Below, in pieces: positions 37,801-51,800 of a stretch of 64,000 bases of DNA. Numbering within the stretch: the first letter of the stretch is position 1; the number at the start of each line of letters is the position of its first letter. The position numbers were made by a program, and so were the translations under genes. Where the stretch lies: assembly GCF_018977255.1 (NCBI RefSeq), contig NW_024704742.1:76138001-76202000 (forward strand). Direction: 5' to 3'. The notes below the pieces were generated by a model, which did no database searches, had not been told where the DNA came from, and worked only from the letters and a program-made list of their open reading frames with translations. The stretch comes from Callorhinchus milii (lineage: Eukaryota).

Positions 37801-40800
37801 GTTTGAGTGTGAAATGGAAAACAGCTCCATATGATCTGTACCAGTGAAAGATGCTTACAGTTAGTAATTAACACGAACAAGGACCACAGCTATGAAGGCA
37901 ACGGACCTTGGATGAATAGGATCAGTTACTTTCCAGAGGCTAGCTGGAGCCCAAACCAACTTGCCAGTTCACACTTGATAGCATTTGTTTTCATCTGCAA
38001 CTCTTAAAAGAACCACACAAGATACGATACCCTTCCTGTGGCTCCATTCACGTGTTTCTCCAAGGACAGATACTTGTCAGCAAAAGTTAAATGTGATATA
38101 TAGGACACGGTTTACAAAAAGTCATTGTGATTTAGAGGCCAAAAATGACTCATGGTGCAGAGGTCTGAAATCCTCAGAATGCAAAATACCTTTCAAATCA
38201 ATACTGAATATAAGAATTTTACAAAACTCAGCATGATCTTAAATTGTTAGATAATGGTCTTAAAGGTCTTAAATTATAAGAAATTCCAGGCTTTAGTTCA
38301 GACCCGCCTGCATATTGTCTGCATTATGCCCCTGTCCACTTAAACTCTTTTCCAAAAAACACTTTGCCTTGCTACTCCTCTCTCCATCTTCAGAATTCTT
38401 CTAAAAACATATCATTTGACCATGCCTTAGTCAACATCATTTCATATCTTATTTGCCTGCTTGGTGTCCACCACTACATTTGTCAAGTGTTTTGATGTCT
38501 TCTTTTATGTTAAAGCTGCTCTATAAATGCATGTTGAAACCAAAAAATCTTTCACCTTTTACGTCAGGAGGAAGTGCTTCATAGGATTCATTGTGAAGTG
38601 TAGTGACTGTACAAAAAAAGTTTGTTTGGGGCATTATTGTTTTCATTACAAAGCAGGTAATGAAAAACTGGAACCGGCAACCAGGAAAGTTAGTTCAGGC
38701 CAGGACATTGGACTCAGTTAAGAAACAACTTGATAGATTGGCCGGAAAGATAAGATCAAATAGGCTGAGGGGCTTTCTTCATCTGAACCTCTCTTGTGCT
38801 TCCTACATCTTTTTGGGTTGCTTTGAGAAATTTGCTACACTGCTGCCAAAGGCATGCGCTCAATGTAGCATAGTTTTCCTACGATGAAAGTTGCATAACT
38901 TTATGCAATTGAAAAGTTTATTTAATTCAGGGTATCTGCACATGAGTGCATAGCAGCATTTCACACAGTAGGAGATTGTTCTGTGACAATCTGCGTAGGT
39001 TTCCCCTATCGTTAAGATTTTTTAACCCTACTGACCTGGCCACTACCTTCATTCAGCGAGGATGCTTCGTATCCCCTACCCTATCCACCCCATCGACAGC
39101 GGGTAGGCTTTCAGCCATTCTGCTCCACTCTCTGGAACTCCATCCATAAGAAATGATGCTTAAGACGCATTCCCTCTCTCATCTTGTTCAAGGTCCATTA
39201 AGATATAACCTGTTTGATCCCGCCTTCAGTCACATTTCCCTTCCCCATCCCGCACCTCCAGCTTGGGCGCCCAGCCAACACTGTCAAGTGTATTGGGATG
39301 TTCTTCCATTGTGAAAGACGCTGTATACATGTAAATTTGTGTTGGATCGTCGGGGGAGACAACATGTGGGTCACAATGACGATAGGGAAATGGGGAACAA
39401 GAGTGTGAAAGTCAATTCAGGCCACTCACACACACCAAGCACTAGTTCTCCCATCAGCCCCACAGAATCAAAAATTGATTCTGTTTATTTTCTCTCCCTT
39501 CCTCACCCATCAGGGGTGGGGATAGGAGAGAAAATAAATAGAATCAATTTTTTTCAGAAAAATACTCAGCAAATGGTCACACCTTCCAGCCATAGGACTA
39601 TTTCACTCAGCACTTTTGTTTTAAAAATTGAAGATAGCACGTTATCAAACCAGGTTATATTCACACAACCACTTCAGCTCAGCACCCGAGTAAATATTTA
39701 GTCAAGAATAAGTAGGAATATGGAACCATGCTGTTAGTGTTTTGCACAAAACGCCATCTGCCATGCATCCTGCACTGCTAGAAGGACTTCATATATGTAC
39801 ATTTAGTTATTTTACCTTTGCTCCAGTTGCTTAATGGTAGAACCCATCTGGTTAGTCTTCTCTTCCAAACGAGCAATGATTTCATTCTTCTGTCTGACCA
39901 CACTATCAGAACCCTATAAGGAGTGAAAGAAAATGCTGTGTTTACCAAGAGATGCTGTAATAATCAAATATAATAGAGGGCTCACCAGGTAAAGGCACCA
40001 AGTCATTCAGTGGGGAAAGTCACAGGTTTGTACCCTATGTCTGCGCTTGAGTAAGCCGATTTTAGCTGGGGACAGCCATCCGCATCAGCTCAACTGTTTT
40101 AGGGAGGAGGAAATCAACAAGGATTCCAACTCCAAATCACTATCCACAGATGCCTGCTGCTAGGTGCACATGTTCAGACAGGACTGGGCTTGAGAGAGGT
40201 CAAATCACAATCAAATTTAACACAATCGAAACTCTCAGCTGAATATTTGTAATCTTAGGCAAGATGCCAGAAGGCATCAGGCATGTGTCGATCAATATCC
40301 CAGTAGTAGGAAAAGAAAGAAAAACTTCAGGAGGAGAAAAAGTTAGAAGATAAAAATTAGGAAGAAAACCTTTTAAAAAATCTGCTTCTCCTGCAAAGAA
40401 ACAGTAAGCTAGGGTCAGATAACCACAAATAGTGCTTTGCTCAGATAATGATAACCGAGTGAAAAGGAAGGGAAGTTATTGAAATGCTTTTTACACTAAA
40501 CAAGCACATCACTTAAGTCAACCAAGGCGAGTCACCGCTCCCTGGAGATCTCAAATGTCAATATGTTCTTCTTCTTTTTATATATTTTTTAAGATGATAT
40601 ACTGGAGAAAAGGATTGGTAATGGGAGAAACTTCATGGCTAACAGCAGACAAACTTAATTTTGTGGCACATCTGATAAACAGCATTACCAAAGATTCTTT
40701 GAATGAGTGGTGTACCACATTTCGATTGAAATCACATTAAAAAGATGCATTAGAAAACAAAGCTAGCTTGAGTGATCAGTAGACTATGAGGCTGACATGG

Positions 40801-41575
40801 AGTTTTAACGCATTCCCTTCTAACTCAGAGACGCGAGTGCTACCAATGGAGCCAAGCTGACAATTTTTAAGATACTGCAGCCAAAGTGTTTGTTCCCGTT
40901 CCTATCCTCACCTGAACCTTTTGGGACAGATCATGTTTGAGAGACCGAACATCATCCAACTGGTGTCTAAGCGTTACAAGAACATCTTGCTTCTCACAGA
41001 TGTCCTTCTCCAGCATTTTCATGGCCAGCTCCATTTCCTGCTTCATACCAATCTGCAGCTCCAACTCTTTCTCAACATCCTAAACCACAGAAAGAGGCAA
41101 ATCATAAACTCATCATCTAGATCAGTGTGGTCAAACTGGCAGCCTGTGGGCCGCATCTGGCCTGGCAGGTGATCTTATCCAGCCCGAGATCATTTCCACC
41201 ATTTCAACTTCTGCTCGCTCCCTCCCTGGAGAATGTCCTCCCAGGGTAGCAGCAGGAGCCGGTGGTTGGGAGGCGCAGTTCGGAGACCCTTTACTGCAGT
41301 CTGTCAGGAAGGCAAGCGCGCCTCTTACCAATCAAACAACCACCATCTCCTGCCACTGTAGGTATTGATTGAGAAAGAGAGGGATTAAGAGTGGAGGGAA
41401 GAGGGGGGAAGGGGAAGAGGAGGCAAGGGGGAACGGGGTGGAGAGAGAAGGGGGTGAGAGAGGTGGGGAGAGAGAGGGGGGAGGGGGGAGAGGGGCAGGG
41501 AGGTGGGGAGAGAGGGGGGGGAGAGAGAAGGGGGAGAGAGGGGGGGAGAGAGAGAGGGAGAGAGGGGGGGGAGAA

Positions 41576-41609
<34 letters not shown>

Positions 41610-44600
41610 GGGAGAGAGTGATTGAGAGGGGAGGAGGTGAAGTGTGAGAGGGAAGAGAGAATGTGAGAGGGTGCAATTGAGAGAGAGAGTGCGTGAGAGA
41701 AGAGTGTGTGTGAGAAAAAGGGGGTTGAGAGAGTGATTGAGGGAGAGTGAGCATGAGGGAGAGGGGGAGACAGAAATAAAAAGAGAGAGCAGAGAGAAGG
41801 AGCAGAATTGAGGGCAATGTTTCATGGTTCACTGTCAGGACAGACAATCAGAGCCACCCTTGGTCACCGTGGGGGACGAGGACAGACACTGAGTGACATG
41901 CCGTGCAGTTTCCTCACAGCAAGCTCCCTCTTTTCCCAGTAAAAAACTCTTCTACGTCCTTCATTCCATCTGCACAACCCCACGACCTCCCGATCTGGCA
42001 ATTCCACCATCGCCATTTGCCCCCACTCTCTAGAGTTCCATTCCTGGAGTCCCTCCAACTCTCCTCTTTCAAGCCACTTCAAGACCTAATTTGTTGACCA
42101 CGCTTTTGGTCATCTTTTACCCTCCCCTTCCCACCTCTCTCGGCTCCCACCCCCAGCACAGCTGCCCAGCTGACAGTGTCAAGATGTCCTTCCAACATGA
42201 AAATGGTGCTGTGGTAAATGTTGTTATGTTTTTGGAAGGGAAACACAAAATATTGCTTATGTGGCCCGCGGTCCTTTCTCAAATAGAGAATCCGGCCCGC
42301 AGCAGCCAAAAGGTTGGACCACCCTGATCTAGATACAAGGTTATGGCACTTACTGTAGAGAATGCTGGACTGAATTGGCTTTCCAACTGCCGTGCTATAC
42401 TTTCAGAATTCAGTTTTGCTTCTTGCCAACCTGCGCCTAATACTTTCCTGAATTATGTAAGCAGGAATGTATCCTCCAGGGAGACATTGTGCATTCCATT
42501 CCAACAATCTATCTCTGGGATTTCCATGTGTAGGTGGGATGCATGGAATTCTCAGTTTGGTTTGGATGCTTTTAAGCATGGTGATGGGTTTCCGCATGTG
42601 TCAGACACCTGGCTGACTCCCCAAAAAGTTTTGCTTCTTACAACGACAACAACAAGGTTCCATTTATAGAGCGCCTTTCACGTCGGGAGGACGTCCCAAG
42701 GCGCTGTACAGTTGGGTCAGGACCCGAGCAGAGGGGGAAATGGTCAGGGTGAGGGGAGGGAAGCGAGGGAGCGAGGAGGGGGTAGAGAGTCGAGAGGGGA
42801 GCTGAAGGCACGGTCAAAGAGAAAGGTCTTGAGACCGGCCTTGAAGGAGGAAAGGGTAGAGGCGGCGAAGGCACTGGGGGATAGAGTTCCAGAGCCTAGG
42901 GGCTGAGAGGTTGAAGGCCCGGCCACCGATGGTAGGGCGGTTGGGGTGGGGGATGTGGAGCAGACCGGAGCCAGAGGAACGGAGGGTACGGGAAGGTAAG
43001 TAGGCGGATAATAGGTCAGAGAGGTAGGAGGGAGCAAGGCCGTGAATGGCCTTGTAGGTGAGGATGAGGATCTTGAATTCGAGTATTGAATTACAGTATT
43101 TCATGGTAGATCAAGGTGTCCAGTTGATTTTTTCAGTGAACGTCTGAGAAAGAAAATTGCTGGTCGAAACTAAACTTGTGAATCAGAGTCAGTTTGCTTA
43201 TCTATAATGGAAAATGAATTCATTGTATTCTTTGCATCTTCAATAATTTCAGGTCAAGCCCATGGCCTGAGCATTTCAGAAAGTGGTAAGAATGAAAAGG
43301 TATAATGTCAGACATCACTTTTGGAAAGACGAACATACTAATCTTATTGGGGGGTACTGGGGAGGTAAGCAGGATTTTCTTGGTGCTGAACTGGCTCCAA
43401 GGTGACATGTTTGGCAACGGATTGTCGGAATCGAGGTAGTCTCGGTACTCCAGTTCCTGAGCCAGGTGGGCGAGGGCACGGCTGATGGCAGCACAGCCAG
43501 CCTGGCTCATCGGCAGGATTTGAAGAGCAAACCAGTCACTGGGGGCAGGGAATCCTCCCATTCAGCTCCTGTTAACCCTGCAAGCCAGGGTTAACAGGTC
43601 CTACCTGGATAAACAGCGGGAAAAGCTTCCCAGACAGTGCTATCAATTGCAAGCTATGTGGTTTTAGCTGGTTAGACTCTAACAGTACCCCAACGCACAC
43701 TCTGGGGAACCCCAGGCCTTGGCTTTTGCCAACCTGCACCTAACACTTTCTGCAATTAGGTAAGCATGATGCGTCCCTCCAAAGAGAGCGTGCACACATT
43801 TTCATTATGTGCAGCCACAAATTCATTATCATTATTATTGTATTATTCTACCAGAAGAGTTCACATGTAACTTACTAGTCTTAGCTGAGTTTCTTCTTTG
43901 AGCTGTTTCCGGGCCTCATTGTACATATCATCCTGGTGGGACTGTCTGTGGAAATTGCCCTCTGCATTTCCATCTTGCTTAGACACCTACAGAAAGGAAA
44001 AACAATTCACACATGATTCCTGGCATAAGATGTCTCGAGTCCAGTTTATCTCTATCCACAGAGTTGGGTAATGCAATCTGCCATGCCTCAGATGCTGGAC
44101 AAGGGCCAGTTTTTTTGATTACCAATATACAGGCCAACCCTGTAATAAAGCATCCAGGATATGGTGCGTGATGTCGTTTTCTAGGAATGTGTTTTGCATT
44201 ATGGTTGGTAGTGGTTTCCAGGAATTGTATGCAATTGGTTTGCTTTCTTGAGTTACTTTTCAAAGTTCCAATATATATCCCAATTTTTACTGAATTTTCC
44301 CTTTTTTTGGGAGGGGAGAGGGTCAATTCCCTCTAGATAATCTCCCGTTTCGATACAAAATATAGACTTCAGAAAAAATATTCACAGGTTTTTATTTTGT
44401 GGATTNAAAACTTATGGGTCCATTTTAATGGGTCCATTGCAAAAATCTCTACTATTAACTAAGGTAATGAAGATTAAAAAGAAATATCGAGTAGCTCAGA
44501 GTGCAGAAACTTCCAAATCATCATAGCAACAGCTCTGGGTAAAAGCCTTTTAGACTCTAATGATTTTTATGGTTTATTCCTCAGGTTCAATTGTTCTAAA

Positions 44601-45854
44601 GCAGAGAGACCTCTTAAGATTTCCAGATGGCAGAAATTTCAATGCCAGACAGATCAGAGTGAAATTTAAAAAAATGACGAACCATAATGATGACTAAGGT
44701 TCTCAAACACAACAGAGGTTACATTTTACAGATAGAAAAAACATAAACTTTGAATTTTTCAGATACCCTAAGGCAGCGTAGCTCATGAGGATGCGGGTTC
44801 TAGGGTGTGAAAGGCTAGTTTTGGTCAAACACCACAAAGGATTTCTTTACAAAGAGGATAATCAACTACTGATGCAAGTCATCCAGAAAAATGGTTGAGC
44901 CCAGGACAATTGACTCATTTAGGAAACACCTTGTTGCTGTAATGGATGACAGCAGGATTGGTATTCTGGAAGGTTGAGAGGAAATAGGCCAAAAGGTCTT
45001 CCGCATCCAAATCCCTCTTGTGACAGTGGCTGGCATGCCTGGACACTTGATTCTTCTCCTTCAATCTCCTGCTAACCCAACCAGGAACTTGACATGTGAG
45101 GGAACTTGGATGCTAATCTTTATTTTACCACTAGGTGGTGTATCATGCTGGACAATTAATCCATAAAACTAAGATTTTTGCTTTCAAGGGAAAATAAAGT
45201 TTAATGGGAGTACTTTATGTGAAAAGTACTTCCAATAAAAATAACTTGAAGAAAATAATGTATCTGTATTATTCAGCCCTGTTGCTATTATTTGAAGTTC
45301 TCACTTTAAGATTGAACCTGAAAAGTGTTTCTTCCTGCATTAGTATCCTCCAGGCTCAAGCCTAAATTTATCCAATGGGATTAATGGTTAGTGTCAAGGG
45401 AGAGGTGGTCCCAGGTATTACAGTAATAGAAGCAGGATGCACTAAGGGGTCAGTGCAGTTGTATTACAAATATATTTTTCCTTTCCTTAAGCGTTCTGAG
45501 ATGCTACCCCACATGAAGGGCATTATATAAATGCAAGTTCTTATCCTATATCTAATGGGAATACTTTGAAAAAGAAGCACTCACTTAAGACTCCATTTCC
45601 CCTTTAGCAACTTCTTTGCACAATTCTGGTCCCTCAAAAGTAGTTATTGAAGCTCTCAGAAAAACCTTAACAATACCTTTCACAGAACAGCAGTCTCCTC
45701 CTGCTGCACATACCTCCATCTTCTTTCGAGTGGATTCCAAGTAGTAAACATTGTCTTGCTTTATTCGCTCGGTCTCTTCCTGTAAAGTGATGATCCTGTT
45801 GTTTGCCACTGCAAGCTGTCAGGAATAGTACAGGAAGATCAAAAATATATAATT

Positions 45855-45887
<33 letters not shown>

Positions 45888-48800
45888 GAAAAAAATGGAT
45901 TGATTTATAACACTGACCCTTCCACCCAGGACAAATAAAATAAAACCCTCAAGGAAACTGCTCTTTTATTTTTATTGTTTCTGTACTTGTAGCAACGGTA
46001 CTTTTAGTTTTGACAATATTTTCAAACCCACAATAATTGACACACTTTATGTCATATGTCAATGTGAGCCCTTGATTGGTGAAACATCATCCTTTAAAAA
46101 CAAGTTGTTTCCATCTCGAGAATAGTGGGCAGTACGAGTATGAAAGAAGCATGTGTTTTTAACTCGTTTTAAAGTTGGAAAAGATAGAAATGGTTAGATT
46201 TGGTCAAAATAAAATGTAAAATCAAACTTAAAGAAAGGACAGATAGAAAATTAGAAATAAGAGAAAAAGATATGGGGTAAAGAAAAAAAAAGAAGTGGAG
46301 GGGAAGAAAAGGTTATCCCAATATTTGGCCTCAATAATCCATGGAACTGTCATTGAAAAGATTACACCTGCAACAGAAGCAAAAAACAGGTACTGCCTCA
46401 AGATGTGCAGCTTTTCTCTGAAGCTCCAATTTACAATTACTTCACAAGGCAACCAGAGCAGTAAGAGCAGATTATCGATTTGATGCCAAATTCGGATTTT
46501 CACTTACCTCTTCAGTCAATTTTGTATTCGATTTTTCTAATGCGTCCACTTTTGCCTGTAGGTTATTGACAGTAGCACTGCAAGCAAGTGTATAAAATAA
46601 ACAGCTCTCTCTGTAGACTTTTTATTGTTTCTGTAATCATAGCTATTGGTATTTTTAGTTTTGACAGTATTTTCAAACGCAGAAGAAGCAAAATGTTTTA
46701 TAAATTACAGCCATCTGATGCAACCCATCAATCATTTGGCAGCTGATTGGAGAGAGGGCAGCAGCAGAAGTCTGGGAAGAAATTACCTGTCAAAAGCAAG
46801 GGATTTATAGATAGGCAGTCCTGACTAACAGCAGGATACTTTTATATCACAAGGAGACTAAAAAATCTTTCAAAGAGTGTATCCTTAATACTGGATATAA
46901 AAAAATTAATTGAAGTCCCTTGAAATATTGACAAACCAATCCCAGCCTATCTAATGCTAGTCTCACTCCTTGTGATAGTTGATCTCATTCTATACTTTTG
47001 TTATTGAGGTTTCTTCTGCTAGATTTTCAGTTCTCTTCAACAGCCTTTTTCTCTCAAGTCCAAATTGAGTTTTGAGGCTTTCTATGCCTTCTCCTTAGTC
47101 TTGGCTCACCAAGTGGGAACTGGATAAACACTTGAGCTTTGAAAATACTGAAGGATATGCAATTGGCTGCTGCGTTTCGCCCCCAAAAATATACAGTCAA
47201 TTCACTTTACAGTGTATTCTGAGAAGCACTTTGAGACGTCTCGAAGAAGTGATAAGGCGCTATATTAAATGCAAGGATTAATATATTATTATAATAAAAA
47301 GGGTCAATTTAGAAAAACACTAACACAAAGAGCTAAATTTTCTTTTCAGAAACTTTCTATGTTTCCAAGTCATTCAAGTTAAAATGTGGCATAGCTATAT
47401 GAGGACTATATCAAGGTCAAACTCCAGCATCTGTTCCTCTCAGCATCAAAGCAGAGACTAGGATTGACGTCAATGCAATAAAGGACGAATGATGATTCCA
47501 TATTAATATGATTCCATATTAATAATAGGCACAGCAAGTAAAGCAATGTCTAATACAAACCAACAGCTATGCATTGATCATAAAAGGTTGTGAATATCTC
47601 ATGATTTGAGTTTAGACAAGGCTTATACATCAATACTTAAACTGCACCCAACTGAGCATGAAATCTCCCACGTTTTTTCTTTAAACCAGACCTTTCTTTA
47701 GAATGTTAAACATTAAGAGAAATGACAAGAAGATCAATAAGCACCCTACCTAAAATTACTGAGATAGCATAGCTGCATAAGGAAAGGAACTGTTAGACAT
47801 ATAGTACCTTCCCTCATCCCCAAGAAAAAACAATTGATTGATGGAAATTTGTTATAATTAAGCTAATCAAGCTTAAAAACATTTAAACTCCACTTCACAT
47901 TGCAGTTATATTTATATGCTGTGCACAATACCTTAGATGTCTGTTAAGTTCTTCCACATAGTTTTTTTGGTCCAGGATGGCAGTAATTTGTCCATCCCTG
48001 AAACAGAACAGATTTTCGTTTATCATCATTTATCATCACATTCAACAAGTGTCTGATGCTTAAAGGGGAACATCACTTGGGGCAGGTAAAAGGAACAATA
48101 AACTTTTATCTCCTTTAGTTTTGATTTCCGCTCACAATGCTATAATTATTTAATCCAATACACAAGTTTAGCAAAGAAAGACGTTTACCAAGTACTAAAC
48201 AGGGACAAGAAAATACATACAGTCCTACCCACTTATGTCGACATGTCGGGGACTATTCGAGTTATGTCGGCACAAGTGGACAATAGGTATTCTGTGATTA
48301 AAATTTCTGAATCGTGTATTTACATGTATTTTCATTGATTTATTTTAAAAAAGTCATACATTTATTTAAATTGCTGAAGAATTTATTTACATGTATTTTC
48401 GTTACCTTATTTACAACATTTCGTCGACTTATTTACAAAAATAGTCATGTAAATAAAATAGTCATTTAAGAGTACACTGTAGACATAAGTGGTAATAAAA
48501 CAATGCGCTTAATAATGTTAGGGACCTAACAATTTGTCGACATAAGTTTGCTTTAAGTTTAAGTCAACATCAACATAGATGGTAAGCTTTTAATATTAAT
48601 GTACGGAGAAGGGACCGGGATTTAGTTTTTGGTCAATTTAAATGGGATATTGACATAAACAGGTTCAAGATAAGTGAGCAGGACTGTAATAGGAATAAGG
48701 TCTGTAAACAGATCATAAAAGTGCTACCAACTCGGTGCATTCAAGATAATGGATTCTGTTTGTAACAAACAATCATGTTCCATTATGTTGTCTATGTGGG

Positions 48801-51800
48801 TCTATTAAAAAAGTTTAAAAACTGCCACTGTAAAGAAACAAAATTTCTACTATATCAAACGGCTGCTGAAGTCAGGGAACCAGCACCAACACTGACAGGG
48901 TGAGCCAAATTTCCTCTTTCAATGCTATCAACATATGCTAAATCAAATTACATCATTATAACAGCTAATTCATGGGTTGAAAAATTATGCACATATTTCA
49001 TCTGCTATTAGTCATTTATAGCCAATGAGCAGTTAACCAGTTACAAAGATCATCTGTTGCACAGATTCAAATGGAATTAATGACAGGTAGAAGGTAAAAC
49101 TACATAGCTGTAAGCAAATACTCACCCTTCATTGCTTTTACTGCTGTGACCGCCATCTTTCAAGTAAAGAGAGAAATCGATCACACCAACCTAAATTGGT
49201 ACACCAGAATCAAGTTAGAATGCTTCTCCTCTCTCTGCAATACTGCAATACTTCATGACATTTATAAAATAAGACAGAACAAAGCAGAGGAGTAACCAAT
49301 ATAGCAGTGTTTCAGTAAGCATTTCTAAGCATTTAATTAGCATCAGAATGCGAGTCAATAATATAACGTAATGTTTTTACTCAAAGTCAGGGCTACATTT
49401 GTGTTTTTAATGCAGAATTTGGGTAGAATTTTAAAGTGAAGTCTGGAAGGAGTGGAAGTATTTTGTGATTAGCAGTAATATGGGTTTGTGACACAGGAAT
49501 TATTTTCTTTATCACCTCATGTCTGATACTTGTGGAAACCCATCATTGTGCTTAAAAACCCAAACTGGACAAAGTTCCATGTTTGCCACTTTTGCGTGAA
49601 ATTCCTGCGTGTGGAATGGAATGCATACTCTCTCCCTGGAGGGGCACATCCTGCTTACCTAATTCCGAAGAGTATGAGCCAGATTTGCAAGAGCCAAGGT
49701 TTGGGGACCCCAGAGTGCACATTGAGTTAATGCTGCAGTTTAACCAGCCAAAATCATATAGCAGAAAAATATGGGTTAATTCAGGGAAGTTTACATAAAC
49801 AATTTAATATTCCATAACATTGAAATCAGGATAAGAGGAATTTATCAGCAGTGTGTGGCAAAATCTTAATTAGTGCCAAGCTAATGCATTAATTGATAAC
49901 TAACCGTCTGAAGATCCAAAAAGCCACTGTAGCAAGAGTTGTTACAAATGGCACAAATTAGGGCAAGTGTAATATTGGTCTACGAGAGGGCTGAAGTGGC
50001 CATGATCACTGGAGTGTTTCTGGTGGCACAATACTGCGTGTCAGTCTGGTGCAGTGGAATCAGAAGGTTGTGGGTTTAAGTCCCATGTTGGGGCTTGGGA
50101 TCTGATAGACTAAGCTGATGCTCCAATGCAGCACTGGGAGACTGGGGGGTTTGCTTTGGAAAGCTAAATACCAGCCTTTGGATGAGTTGTTAATTCAAGG
50201 TCCCATCTGCCTGTTCAGGTGGATATTAAAGATACCATGGCACTATTCAAAAAGAGAAGGAAGTTTCCTTCTTCCGGTATCCTGCCCAATCGGTCACTCA
50301 CTCCATGGCTGTTTGTGGGACTCTGCTGCCTGCTTTCACCCACAATGTATACAGTTAATCCACTTTATAGTATATCCTGTGAAGCGCTTTGAGACATCTC
50401 GACGATGTGATAAGGTGTTACATCAAAATGCAAGGATTAAAAATGCAAGGATTTTTCTGATTGTAAAAACTGCCGACATATTCCTGGGGTTCTGTTACGG
50501 TAGCTTAAAGTACATTATACACAACTACCCTCAAAATAAGCCATTTGAGAATACAATTTATGAGCTACCTGAGTATCAAGGTCCTCGCCCTTCATGCACA
50601 GATTCACATCAATGACGTTGAGCCCAACCAAGAGACCAGCGATGACGGCACCTTCCTCTTCCATCATCAAAGCGTTTGCTTCATAAAATTCACTAGATAG
50701 AGAAAAAAATGAAGTCAGAATTAATGCAGATGTTAAAAATTCACCAACGCCTTACAGCTTCCTATCTCAAGATTTGTTGCTGGAAGGCACTTTGACGCAA
50801 CTTGGAAGCTGCTCTTTGTACTGACTGGAGAAGTTTCATGCTTTTACTCAGCAGTCTCCGTATTTCATCTCATGTGAAAACAAAAAAGCAATAACACTGC
50901 AGCCCATTCATTTCACAATCTGGGAGGAAAGAAATAAGGGCCCAGGTATGTGTGTGTGGGGCGGCGGAGATGGGGGGTGGGGGTGAAGTATCTGAAAATA
51001 GTGCAACAAAGGGTTAAATAAAGAGAATCACATCTTCTAGTGCAGGCATAACACGGGCTCAGTTTAAATGAATTTTGTCCTGTTGAAAGGACAGTGAAGT
51101 CTGGGTTTGATGCTTATCCATCACTTGGAGATACTAACCCCTTGCGAAGGGGTTCAACTAATCCAAGAATCTTCAATCTAAGATATTACAGTGACAGATG
51201 CGACTTGATGGAGGGGGGATTAGGAGGACAGATTCTTTATGATTAGAATCCATCCATCTACATGCAGACAGCCTCAATGCTGAAGTAACAACAATGATTA
51301 AAAAAAACTAACCTCATAAGATCCTTTCTATTAATCAACGCTTTCATATAATCTGAGAGTTTCTTTTGCATCAATGCTAAGCGAAGCCATGCTCTTCCTC
51401 TTCCAACTGGGGTCCTGCAACAGAAACAATAACCCACAGCTTTTTTTTTTTGGGGGGGGGGGTAAAGGTGAAGGAAAAAAGGGATTAAAACAAAGAGGAA
51501 ACAAAACCCTTAGGCAATAAAGTACAGGTGAGAGAAGGCATCATATCACCAATTATCAATGGATACCTTCTCAGAAGCATAGTACAAATCTTCAGCACAG
51601 ATATCCCTGTGCATTTTTTTGTTAGTGCATGCAGAAACCCATCACCATGCTTAAGAGTATTCAAAGAGTTCCACGTCTGCAATGCACACCAGGGCTTACT
51701 CTATACCAAATGTCCAAGCAAAAGTTAAAAGTAGCCCTCGGATACTATTACGAATCACACATTGACTAAATGGAGTACACTGAAGATTTTTTAAAATCAC

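Noticed and set aside
41369..41847. ER/G-rich and LSP-rich ORFs
   Set aside because: Translations of the (GA)n tract inside the hAT element.
44406..44406. Single N base
   Set aside because: Assembly ambiguity with no biological meaning.
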